Source of the DNA: Styela clava
Taxonomy: Eukaryota
DNA length: 64,000 nt
Direction of reading: 5' to 3'
Assembly: GCF_964204865.1 (NCBI RefSeq)
Contig: NC_135261.1
Span: forward strand, 20,522,001-20,586,000
The translations under genes were made by a program, and so were the position numbers. Below the pieces are notes generated by a model. It saw only the letters and a program-made list of their open reading frames with translations. It was not told where the DNA came from and ran no database searches. Positions 53,907 to 64,000 of the stretch are shown here, piece by piece. Within the stretch, counting starts at the first letter, position 1, and each line of letters starts with the position of its first letter.

Positions 53907-55190
53907 TAAGTAGTTCAACAACTGTTTTTTGCCACGTATTCGCCAATGCTGCTGGTGGTTTTTGTACCTCCTGCTGCTTGGCATCAAAATATCTTTTGAT
54001 ATCCTTAGACGCGCCAGAAGAACCACATTTTATGCTATGCTGTATTGCAACTCCGTAACCACTTTGATTAACCCATTTACCATTGATCAACTTATACCAA
54101 CTGTATAGAGTTTTGCACTTTGCGCAGCAAAGAAATGGTGCCAAAATACCATCAGATATTTCCACCGCTTTAACATTGACAGTTGAAGACTTTACATGTT
54201 CTTTTGGAACACCAATCAAGTGGCATTTTTTATCACCCAACATCTTGGAAACCACACTTTTAGATAGATTTTGGAACTCATATTTTTGATTGCTCATTTT
54301 CGGGTGTTGGCAATAACTGCTCCACAGCACTTTTTATCAAACCCAGCTCAACGATTCAGATTTAACTCTCCTCTGTACCGGTAGACTATAATTCGTCTTC
54401 CTAGTTTAAAATGCTAGAAGCGAAACAATGACGTAACAATGGTTCCCGGCGTAAGTTTGGCTTTTATATTCCAGCCCAATCAAGCGTACTGTCGTGATAC
54501 CACGTTACTTCACTACCATGTTAAAAGTTAAAACTGCACCGTTGAAGACAATAAGACATAATGATAATTTTATACGTGCACAAAACATAATCTTATGTAG
54601 AAATGGGTGACTTAAAAATTTCCCACGTGTCCCACAAATTTGTGTTGTCCCATCCCATGGGACGTTTCCCATGGGATTCCCATGGACAAGCCTGGGCCGC
54701 CATTTACACATAAATATTATGACTGATATGACTAAAAAAAGCTTATTAGCGATGCACAATAGGTTAATTGAATGAAAGATTTTATTTCCACATATTGTGA
54801 GCCGAACGGGAATTTTAAGCGAGTTTCGAAGAATTGGTAAATATTAATTAACGGTACAATGGTAGTCAGAGCGAGGGCGCAGGGTGATATGCAGGACGAG
54901 CAAATGTGGTAACTAGAATTGCGGAAGTAACGATCGATTAAACCTTATATTTTACTTCCTACCTATGACCTTTTTTCAATTCCCTTTGTGGCGCGATATT
55001 TCAATCAAATGTTGCTGTTTTATTTTGATTCGCGGAATCACACCTAATTGCGTCAGCCCCGACCTTCAATCATTTCAGTTAACTCGATGCTCAGCTATCA
55101 GGCTGTAATTTAGTAAACTATTTGTTGCCAGCGAACCTGATTTTGAGATGAGTAGATATTTAAATGGGAATAAATTTGCTGTTCACTTAC

Positions 55191-55406
55191 CATTCCAGTC
55201 CAAACACCAAATGCTCCATCTTTACTTCCAGACAGCCATGGGTTGATGTACAAATTGACTAAATCATATAGTTCTTTGCTTTGGACATCAGCTAATTTTC
55301 GTCCGATATTGGCGCAAATTGAAACGGCAGAAACAAAATTTGTTGTTGTTTCACCAGCTTTAACAGGCAAAATACATTTGCCGTCGTGATAAATGGGGCA
55401 AGATAT
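55191..55406 (-). CDS. Isolated exon encoding the N-terminal half of a C-type lectin domain
   Basis: 216-nt phase 0-0 exon bounded by TTTTACAG and GTAAGT. It reads ISCPIYHDGKCILPV...AVSICANIGRKLADVQSKELYDLVNLYI...VWTGM. Partner exons were not identified. Confidence 0.65.
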
Positions 55407-55741
55407 CTGTAAAATGCAATCAGTTATGTTTAAAACATCTCAGACTGATATTACAACATATGGAAAATTTTCTACTCTTCCAAAATGCCCACACAAAGGG
55501 GATCACGAATATTATTTTCTAATAACAAAATATGTATAAATGTTTGTTTTTTTATAGGCATCCACATAATATTTTTACCACTAAGCCGCTATACACAAAG
55601 TTGCAAAACTTACCCTTTTTTTGCTGCCACATTTCTACGTAGTTGGCCAATTATTTCTGAAGGAATGAACAGTTATATTATAATCCTCACAATGTGATTT
55701 TAAAACTTTTTTTTCCTCTCCTGAATTTTGCCACTCTTGCA

Positions 55742-56056
55742 TTACTGGACACGAAATGGATCGTTTTGTTATTATATTGTTATTATTCTCCTACTTATGA
55801 AAAAATCACTTTTCTCATTCACTAATGGACCAATTGCTTTGAAATTTTTAGTGGTTAAGGATTTTGTTTTCAGATAGAAGACATTTATTTGTTTTTAAAT
55901 TTTCTGCGAGATCTAATATTTCATCTAAATTTCTAAAATGTGCCCTATAATTTTTAATTATGGGAACGCGTTTATACACCTCAACGGACATATTGCATTC
56001 TCTTAGTCCGGCGTTTTGATTGTCGTGTCCATATATTTGAGCATCGCTTTTTTGTT
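55742..56056 (+). mobile_element. DINE-1-like HINE
   Basis: Starts TTACTGGACACG and ends CGTGTCCATATATTTGAGCATCGCTTTTTTGTT. The subterminal inverted repeat is TGGACACG/CGTGTCCA. Confidence 0.65.
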
Positions 56057-56178
56057 TCTTCTCGCAAAGAATTTTGTGATAAATAAAATATTGGATATAA
56101 AACTAATCGCGCGAGTTGATCATATTGATACAATTTAGTCATTGTGTTTAGGTGATAGCTCTATTTGTCTCCAATAAT

Positions 56179-56465
56179 AACAAGAGAGCTATGCTCAAAT
56201 ATATGAAAATGTCACAAGGTGTAGTTATTTTTTATTCTGACACATAAAAAACTAATCTCTTGAAGTCAACAGGAATTTTTAAAATAAGTAAAAGTAATAG
56301 CCTTCTGGCAAAAAAAAAACAATCTTTGGCCACTGAAAATTTCAAAGCAATTGGTCGAGTATTCGAAGAGAAAAGCGATTTCATCATGACGAAGTAGAAG
56401 AATAACAAGAACAACAACATAATATTGAAACGTTATGTACGTCGATCGTTCCCGTGCAACGTAAT
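56179..56465 (-). mobile_element. DINE-1-like HINE (inverted relative to 55742-56056)
   Basis: AACAAGAGAGCTATGCTCAAATATATG end. The body closely resembles 60140-60382. Confidence 0.65.
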
Positions 56466-57789
56466 TCTTGCTCTGCTAAGATTTGTTCATGAGGAATAGC
56501 GATCAACGCCGTACTTGGTGTTATACTACCATAGTGACTCGGATCGGTGGTGCTACTACAGTTGTGAGTAGGACCATCTTGTAATTTCGATTCACGCTGT
56601 CACAAGACAGGAATTTCTGAAGACAGGGCAGTTCCGGTACCATAACACAGCGCGGTGAGGCTGAACCAACTAACTAACTCATAACTGTCTCTTGAAAGCG
56701 GGGCTTGCAGTCACTGTTCTGTTGTAACTAATGTCTCAATGTTGGTGCTTTTCTTGGAATCGGTAAACTGTGCCATACTGAGTAAGACATTGTAACATAG
56801 CCATGTAGCTGCTTCACTGTTCAGTTTTGTTCAGGATACCCTATTTCGATGAAAGGATGATAAAATATTTCGTTCCTTTTTACGTGTCCATATATTTGAG
56901 CATAGCTCTCTTGTTTAGTAGCAAATTTGTTTTCTTCATTACCAAATTCGCGAGGCGTTACGTTCGCGGATATCATCACAGATGGCGTGGCGGTGCTCTG
57001 TTCATTGTTGCGGAATCGTACAACTCAGATGCGAAGACTTGCTTGTATTTATATATATATATACATATTAGCGTAAATATAAAACAAGCCGATAAAATAA
57101 AAGTATATATTGGATTCGTATTTTCACACCTTCAACATGAACGCAAGGTTGTGTGCACAAAAATCAGAAACGAGCATTTATGGACTTGTAAGTGTATAAA
57201 CGCCATAGGTTTCAAACCTAATGTATATATTCTCGAGTCGGTACTTCTTGACTTAATAAGGCATATTTTCTTATTTCAAGGACTTTAGAAGGGACTAAAA
57301 AGGTGAATACTAAAAGCATTATCGAGTATTTTACGTTGCTACGCTAACTGCCCCAATAACATCAAAGGAAAACAGGAAATCCCAACATCGTGGCTTAAAA
57401 GCACTATAGTTATAAAACCAAAACACAACCCAATAAAAATACGAGGAACAAACAAGACAGTTCTAACTCCAACGCCCGCCACCCCAACGAAAACAGTCAC
57501 GCCCGATAGTAACTCCCCCAACATAGTTCTTTCTTCCAAACCGCTGATATAGAAAGCAAAGAAACAAAAGACTGGTCTCTTAGTCTCGACAATTACCCCC
57601 ACCGCAATACTCCGCCACAACACCCCCAGTAGCTCCCCGCAAACCAAAACTCAAAATTACATCGGCCATTGGAAATACACCATTTCTTCCTGGAACAGAG
57701 CCGAAACGAAGTCCTCTTCGTCCTCGTCAATCCCCCCGCCAACAGCAACAAAGGGAAAGTAAAGATAGCACCCCGGAAGATATACTCAT

Positions 57790-58150
57790 ATGAAAATTAT
57801 CTCCTGAAACATTAACAGACTCATGAGTCACCCACATGAAATCAAATATATTCTCCTAAACCCCAAACTAGAAGTGGCCCTCCTGCAAATATAAAAAAAA
57901 ATCGAGACCAATATCGAACTTGAACCTTGATTATAAAATACTTGCCAAAATTATCTCAAACCGCCTACGTCATAAATTCGCACAAATTATCCACCAAGCT
58001 CAAAAACTCTCAATTCCAAACAAACAGATCTCAGATATTCATAGAAAACCTGATTAGATAGGCTACTCCAAAAAAATCAAATTCCAACATGTATCCTTAC
58101 AGTTGAACGAATGAAAGCATTCGACATGATAAACCACAAAAAATTGGTGT
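57790..58150 (+). mobile_element. Highly decayed LINE ORF2 fragment (APE start and RT motif)
   Basis: MKIIS*NINRL...EIKYILLNPKLEVALLQ resembles the APE N-terminus (SWNxNG...LQE). KAFDMINHKKL appears near 58115. Confidence 0.55.
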
Positions 58151-58853
58151 TGGAGCAAGAATATTTACAAAAACTCTGCACACGCTTAAGATAAAATGGA
58201 TTTAACAATTGTACTATCAAATGTTACAGAGTGTTGTACTGTGGCGTGTAACTTGGCACTGTATCTCTGAGCGAGACTTACAGATCATCATTCATCAGAA
58301 AGGCGTGTTCCCTGTTTGTTCCTGGTGAAGTACATGATGTCAACAAATGTTGATTCACAAAGATAGGTTGAACCAAACAATAATCTTGTAAAATAGGATT
58401 GCTGTATGATTTGAATCGCGAGCTTTTTCTGCACGTACTGCGCTGACCTATATATAGTAAGCGTAATATCACTCCGTTTTGGAAAAGCACGGTTAGGTCG
58501 ATTATCGAGGATTTACTTGGTGGTCTGCGGTGCTCTATTTCACCCTTGATACTAGAGTAGAAATATCGCACTGATTTGGTTCCGCACGTAGATGGTTACT
58601 GGACGATGCCTTCGTGGATGTCCCAAAGCGCTTACCACCACGGTAACGTCGTGGTAGAGAAGGACGGGGCAAGCAGTGCGGCGGAAGTTTTTTCGGTCGT
58701 GCAGGATTTAAAAAATGGCATTTTTCCGGGACCAGTTGGGCTCACCTATGGATTTTGGAAGAGCATTGACCAACGGGATGAAATTTTCTCCAAGCCTTTT
58801 CCAAATCTGCAGGAGTTCCCGGCGTATTTTAAGTTCATGGCGTTCCTCTAAGA

Positions 58854-59899
58854 CAGCATAATGGACTTTTCTGTCGCACAGTACTCCATGACAACGACGA
58901 GAATTTTAAATGTCTTTCTATTTTAATTGAATTGTGTTCATCATGGAAACTCGCGGTTGCGTCGACTTACGACAAGATGAAAGCATTACTTTTTTTGAAT
59001 TCCACTGCCATCTGCGAACATAATAATGAGAGAATTTATTGCCTGATTATATTCAGCTTTGATACATATTTTTTGCGATCTTGTGAATTTGTCATCGCTG
59101 TTAGAAAAAATCATACTATCTGCTATAAATTTCCAGAATGTACAACTTAATTTAGTATTTATTAAAAATATATTTAAAGTATATATATCAGTAAATCGAA
59201 AAGTAAATCAGGCAGTGGAATTCATGGCCTTGAAATTCTCAGTGTGTGAATTCGACATTACTACTGTGCGTACTTACTGTGCGACATTACTAATGTGGAG
59301 GCAGTAGAGAATCCTGAAGGAAATACCCTGGTACGTATACTACGGTAGAACCCGAAATTTTGCGATTTGCTATGTCTAAAAAACGTTTTTAATCGGTCCC
59401 GGACCGCTTTTAAATTTAGAAAATTTGGGTTACCACCATTTACACCTACTAGAAAAATTATTTATTCCTCGTTGTTCGAACTCGCGAGAAACACCTATTG
59501 CGAATCTATCGAAGCGTGTACAGACTCTTGTTTTCGTCGGAAATCCACAAGTGAGTTGTGAAATCCAATCGTTTGATTAAGCAATTCGCAAGTGACCTGT
59601 CGCGTCACTTGTTACCAAATTTTCGATTAGTAAATGTGCTATTCTAATAGTTGAATATTCCAATATATGCCCAGCCCTACTCAGTAACCAGTAATTATTG
59701 ACGCAATTAATGTCATGTGAATAAACTGACTTTTTATGTTTTTTTTTTTATAAATTCTAACGCAAATCCTAATTTGGCTGATAGTAATTAAGTTTCGCAA
59801 AAACGTTTGCGGCCCGCATTGAATTTCTGACTCGTTGCGGACTCATTTAAACGCTCTGCGGACTCATTTGAGACCGCGGACTCGGGTTGGGAAACACTG
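58854..59899. mobile_element. hAT-Charlie-like non-autonomous insertion inside the NeSL/Utopia-like RT
   Basis: Perfect TSD CTCTAAGA at 58846-58853 and 59900-59907. The right end is GGTTGGGAAACACTG with GCGG[A/C]C[T/C]C repeats. Removing it rejoins WRSSK-IILIPK. Confidence 0.85.
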
Positions 59900-60139
59900 C
59901 TCTAAGATAATCCTTATTCCTAAAGACCTGAGGGGTAGTATGAATGACGTCGGGAACTGGAGACCCATCGCAATCTGCCGCACGCTGTAGAATATCTATG
60001 CAGCTGGATTGCACGTCGTCTTCAGTCTTGGGCAGCTAGGGGGAAATATTGTCCCCGGAACAGGAGGGCTTCGTTCCTTCTGAAGGCGTCTTTGAGCATG
60101 TTTTCATGCTTGATTCGGTCATTGCAGATGCCAAGAAAT

Positions 60140-60382
60140 ACAAGAGAGCTAGGCTCAAATATATGGACACGTAGCGCAACCCAATAGCAATAATTTTGAT
60201 GACGTCATAGCGAAAAAAAAGTAATAGCCTTCTGGAGAAAAATTTCATCTTCAACCACTGAAAATTTCAAAGCAATTGGTCCAGCATTCGAAGAGAAAAG
60301 CGATTTTTTTAAAAATGACGGAGACAAATAACAGTAACAACATAATATTGAAACGATCGCTATGTCCACTACGTGTCCATTA
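60140..60382 (-). mobile_element. DINE-1-like HINE inserted in the NeSL/Utopia-like RT
   Basis: Subterminal inverted repeat TGGACACGTAG/CTACGTGTCCA and a GAGC-TAG-GCTC hairpin next to the ACAAGA end. It interrupts ADAKK...RNLFVAWLD. Confidence 0.75.
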
Positions 60383-61545
60383 CGCGTAATCTTTTTGTGG
60401 CGTGGCTTGACACCCGTAATGCTTTCGGGTCGGTATAGCATAGTGCCATTCTCGAAGTTCTGCGACATAGTACATGATGGAAACAATTGCTGACGTTTAC
60501 AAGGATAACCTGTTCACCATTCGAACTCTGGATCTACGGCAACCATCAAAATGTTGTGTTCTTGCATTGGTTCGGTCGGGAGGAACGATGGACGCGTTTT
60601 CCGGTTACTAGCCCGGACCTGTCAGCCGTTTTTTTTCATTCAACGGCTGCGGTCGGACGTCTGTGCGTCCCGAATATTGCCCTCGAAGCGGACGTATTCG
60701 GGTCATCCATGCGTTCAAAACTTTGAATTCTCCCGAATCTATGGTCCGTTCGGTTGCTCGTGCTCGGCTAGGTGAGATTGTGGCGACGCAGGCCCTGATA
60801 ATCGACTTTCTCAATCGTAATAATTCCTCTGAGCCAGATGGACGGCTCTTTGGCCCGTGTGATGATCTATGGGGCCAACTGCGCCCTATGGGTCATCGTA
60901 TAGGTCTTTGCTTGGATGTTTCCTCAGAGGGGAACTTCACAATCACCACTAATAATCTCCTGATCGAGAGCGGCAAGAAGATAAATCGGGTGTTGCGCCA
61001 CGTGTCCAACACCCGTTGGTTGAGGCAGTGGGGCGAGCTTCGGGACCAGGGGAAGACAGTTTCCTATCATTACCGGTTCGGTTGCTCTAACCACTTTCTC
61101 TCTACGTCTCTCTCGCTCAGGTTCAGATTTCATGGGTTTTGAAAGCTCGCTTAAATCTTCTGCAGCTGCGATCCGTTCGTAGACGGTTTGCAGCATATGC
61201 GGAACCACGGGTGACTTGTAGTAAGTGTGGCTACGCAAACGAGACTCTTCCTCGTGTGGTGAATTACTGTCGTCCAGTCAAAAATATCATCAAGGAGCGG
61301 CACGATTCGGTGCAGGAAGAGATCTTGGCTCACCTACCCCCAGCCAGGTTTTCTAGGCGCGATGTCGACGTAGTTTGTCGGAGCACGCCACTAGAACAGC
61401 TGAGATGCTGCGGCCCGATTTGATTCCCGAGGAAATCGGAACAAATCGGGTCGTAGCACTCGATGTGGGTGACATTCGACAACGGCGAGGCCGCTAGATG
61501 ACGCGACCCGTCGGAAGCACTCAAAGTATGAGGAGTTATGTCGCT

Positions 61546-61612
61546 CCAGAATACAGAAATACCAGAATACAGAATACAGAATACAGAATACAGAAATACC
61601 AGAATACAGAAA
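61546..61612 (+). repeat. (CAGAATA)-based tandem array at the 5' junction of the Tx1-like LINE
   Basis: CCAGAATACAGAAATA and CAGAATA units run directly into AGAATACAGAAAGTTATG. Confidence 0.9.
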
Positions 61613-63697
61613 GTTATGAACAATATCATCAATGAAGATCAAAGAGGATTTCTTAAGGACAGACAAATGGGTGAAAACATTAGATTGGTATGTGATTTGA
61701 TAAATTATACATCACATCATAATATACCGGGTGCAATTTTTAACTTGGACATTTGTAAAGCTTTTGATAGCGTTGAATGGGCCTTTTTATTTAAAGTACT
61801 TGAGAAATTTGGCTTTCACAGAAATTTTATATCTTGGATCAAGATCATGTACAAAAACAGCTCATCGTCTGTTATAAATAATAATTACATATCAAATGAC
61901 TTTTTATTAGAAAGAGGGTTAAAACAGGGAGATCCCCTCTCACCATACCTTTTTATAGCGTGCATCGAAGTTTTGGCCATTATGATTAGATCAGATGAAG
62001 GAGTTAGGGGAATACGAATTGGCGATTCTACTATTAAATTAGCAATGGCAGCTGATGATACAACTGTGTTTACAGATGGCTCAAGTACCAGTGCTGAAAA
62101 CCTTTTTAATATTTTAAATGTTTTTGGTTATATTTCTGGATGCAAAACTAATCTGGAGAAATCTCACATAATGCAAATTGGAAAACCTATAAACATAGAT
62201 TACATTGCTAATTTTGGCCTCAAATTGACATCCTCTTTAAAGTTGCTTGGTGTAAACATTCCTGTTGACTTATCCAAGTTATTTGATGTAAATTTCCCCC
62301 AAATCATAAACAAGGCAAAAAATATTATTCAAGTATGGAAAATGAGGAATCTTACATTATTAGGTAAGGTGTGTATTATTAAGACATTAATTGCTTCTCT
62401 TTTCACTTACAGTTTTACGTATATACCCGTTTCTATACCAGATAGATATATAAAGTCACTGAATGCTGCATTATATCATTTTTTATGGAACTCCAAATGG
62501 GAACGAGTCAAACGAAAAACATTAATTGGTCCAAAAATGTTGGGTGGGATTGACATGATTGATGTACATAGCTTTATAATTGCACAAAAAATTAAGTGGG
62601 TGGGATTTCTATTAGACGATGCCAAAGTTTGTAAGTGGAAACTTGTTGAACTTAATTATTTGAATGATTTAGATTTAGCATCCTTGTTAAAGGGAAATTT
62701 ATTTCGGAACTCTCATTTTATCAAAAATATTCCATTTATCACTATTAAGGACATGTTAGTATACTGGTATAACTTTAAAAATATTGTTACAAATGTACAT
62801 ATACTCAATCAATCCATATGGTACAATAGAAAGTTGCAATACAGTAGAAAACCTTTTTATATTTCAACATGGAAAGAGCATGGTATTTCTGAATTGAAAC
62901 ACTTGATTTCTAGCAATACTTTTTATACTTATTTCGAGTTAATTAGTAAATATTGCATGCCATATAATGCTAATGATTATAAAACTTATTACAAAATCAT
63001 AGGCAGTATTCCTGAGGAATGGAATGAGATTGCTCAATCATGTGATGACTTTTGTGATTTTGATTTTAGTGCATTCCTTTCATTCACTACAAAAAACTTC
63101 TCATGTAAAAATGCATATAGAATAATGATTGGGAAAATATTTGTCCCACCAGACATGTACAAATCCTTTTGGCAGGAATCTTTTAATATCCCTAGTGTGG
63201 AATGGAACAAGTATTTCACAAACTCATATTTATCAACTATTGAAACAAAACTTAGATCTTTTCAAATTAAATTTTTTTATAAAGCTATAGTTCTGAATAA
63301 TGTTTTATATGGATTCGGACTAGTGGAAACAAACCTCTGTGAATTCTGTAAATTACATATTGAAACCCTTTTGCATTTATTTTATTATTGTCCAATCACC
63401 AGTGAATTTTGGTCTGACATAGACCAATGGATTGTCTTTAAGACCGATAACTTGGATTTTAATCTTGGAATGAAAGAATGTTTTATTGGCTTCGATGACA
63501 TTTCTGATATGCAATTCATCAACTGTGTGCTGTTAGCTGCACGTTTCTTTATATATAGATGTCGGATTCAAAAGCGTAAACCAGTTTTTGATGTTTTTTA
63601 TAAATTCATTTCTGATATTCGAAACAATGAGAAATATATCGCAATGAAAAATGGTAAAATCATGATACATAATACAAAATGGCGTTTATTTATATAA
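61598..63697 (+). CDS. Tx1/L1-like ORF2 fragment: reverse transcriptase + C-terminal CCHC (zf-RVT) region, uninterrupted
   Basis: Motifs DQRGF, LDICKAFDSVEW, GLKQGDPLSPYLF, AADDTT, LLG, WKMRNLTLLGK, GGIDMID and CEFC...ETLLHLFYYC. Confidence 0.92.
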   Translation, partial: TRIQKVMNNIINEDQRGFLKDRQMGENIRLVCDLINYTSHHNIPGAIFNLDICKAFDSVEWAFLFKVLEKFGFHRNFISWIKIMYKNSSSSVINNNYISNDFLLERGLKQGDPLSPYLFIACIEVLAIMIRSDEGVRGIRIGDSTIKLAMAADDTTVFTDGSSTSAENLFNILNVFGYISGCKTNLEKSHIMQIGKPINIDYIANFGLKLTSSLKLLGVNIPVDLSKLFDVNFPQIINKAKNIIQVWKMRNLTLLGKVCIIKTLIASLFTYSFTYIPVSIPDRYIKSLNAALYHFLWNSKWERVKRKTLIGPKMLGGIDMIDVHSFIIAQKIKWVGFLLDDAKVCKWKLVELNYLNDLDLASLLKGNLFRNSHFIKNIPFITIKDMLVYWYNFKNIVTNVHILNQSIWYNRKLQYSRKPFYISTWKEHGISELKHLISSNTFYTYFELISKYCMPYNANDYKTYYKIIGSIPEEWNEIAQSCDDFCDFDFSAFLSFTTKNFSCKNAYRIMIGKIFVPPDMYKSFWQESFNIPSVEWNKYFTNSYLSTIETKLRSFQIKFFYKAIVLNNVLYGFGLVETNLCEFCKLHIETLLHLFYYCPITSEFWSDIDQWIVFKTDNLDFNLGMKECFIGFDDISDMQFINCVLLAARFFIYRCRIQKRKPVFDVFYKFISDIRNNEKYIAMKNGKIMIHNTKWRLFI

Positions 63698-64000
63698 TCA
63701 TTGATTAATTAGCTTAAACCTGACAACTGTGTTTTTGTTCTAATTTGTTTATAGTCTTTATATAGCCTAATATATATTTAAAAGTGTGAGATGAAAAAAA
63801 AAATAAATCTCTCATGTTTATTCTGTAAGATAATTTGATTAAAACTGTTATGTTCATGTTATGAAAAAATACTCTTATGTCTGTGTTATTGAGTAATATT
63901 ACTATTTATTTATTTCTATGTTTTTATGTATAAAATCCAAAATTATCTGTGGAATGGTTTAAGGAATTTATTAATATTGTTTGCTGCTATATAATGTTTT

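Larger units (their letters stand above)
49953..54297 (-). pseudogene. hAT (Hermes/hobo-like) transposase pseudogene, split at 51020-53906
   Basis: Has a BED-like CAKC...H...C region, SRQTVSRSI, IVDFWS (first catalytic D), TDNAATM (second D), a frameshifted C..H motif and ATREWRSYY. It carries frameshifts, and no C-terminal dimerisation domain was seen. Confidence 0.8.
49325..54694 (-). mobile_element. Decayed hAT DNA transposon (CAGGCTTG family) interrupted by a pogo element
   Basis: TIRs CAGGCTTGTCCATGGGA and TCCCATGGACAAGCCTG enclose hAT transposase remnants. There is no matching TSD. Confidence 0.8.
58570..61545 (+). mobile_element. Decayed NeSL/Utopia-like RLE non-LTR retrotransposon
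   Basis: Motifs appear in order across insertions and frameshifts: PGPVGLTYGFWK, WRSSK|IILIPK, NWRPIA, LSPEQEGF, VAWLDTRNAFGSV, HAFKTL, DQGK..SNHF, ARLNLL, CSKCGYANETLPRVVNYC, RHDSV, PD, FDNG and K..KY. The RT core (QG, YADD) appears to be deleted. Confidence 0.8.
61546..64000 (+). mobile_element. 5'-truncated Tx1/L1-clade non-LTR retrotransposon; the 3' end probably lies beyond the window
   Basis: An RT ORF lacking the APE domain, followed by an AT-rich 3' UTR. Confidence 0.88.

Noticed and set aside
56680-56825. Possible upstream exon of the C-type lectin gene (ATWLCYNV...)
   Set aside because: It contains an in-frame TGA, has unclear splice sites and no recognisable domain.
61546-61612. 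CRISPR-like or coding repeat
   Set aside because: No unique spacers and a eukaryotic context. It is explained by the LINE junction.
58400-64000. U2 snRNA or spliced-leader target sequence next to the Utopia-like and Tx1-like elements
   Set aside because: No U2 or SL-like sequence was recognised at the visible junctions.
1-64000. Most 60-160 aa ORFs in the supplied track (e.g. 16874-17350, 39550-40008, 56827-57288)
   Set aside because: They are antisense shadows of exons, MITE-derived frames or chance ORFs in AT-rich DNA, with no recognisable domains.

Overview
AT-rich, intron-containing animal genomic DNA. An invertebrate, possibly an ascidian, is inferred from gene content only. Hand-splicing at GT-AG sites gives four complete host genes. 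Two are convergent 8-exon UNC-93-like MFS paralogs (9265-15304 +, 504 aa; 16182-21521 -, 512 aa). The others are a 2-exon METTL27/WBSCR27-like methyltransferase (33708-34915 +) and a 7-exon ghrelin/motilin-receptor-like class A GPCR (40164-44745 -). A third UNC-93-like gene runs off the left edge. A promoter + first-exon module of this family occurs in several copies. One copy is an intact orphan first exon (27222-27336) that is in phase with exon 2 of the minus-strand paralog. There is also an isolated C-type lectin exon. The rest is layered mobile DNA: an intact DD35D pogo transposase nested in a decayed hAT element that shares its ends with local MITEs, DINE-1-like HINEs, Penelope remnants with minimal hammerhead-like motifs, and a decayed NeSL/Utopia-like retrotransposon hit by three later insertions. 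The last of these is a 5'-truncated Tx1-like LINE whose 5' junction reiterates its own first bases. All family assignments come from remembered motifs, not database searches.
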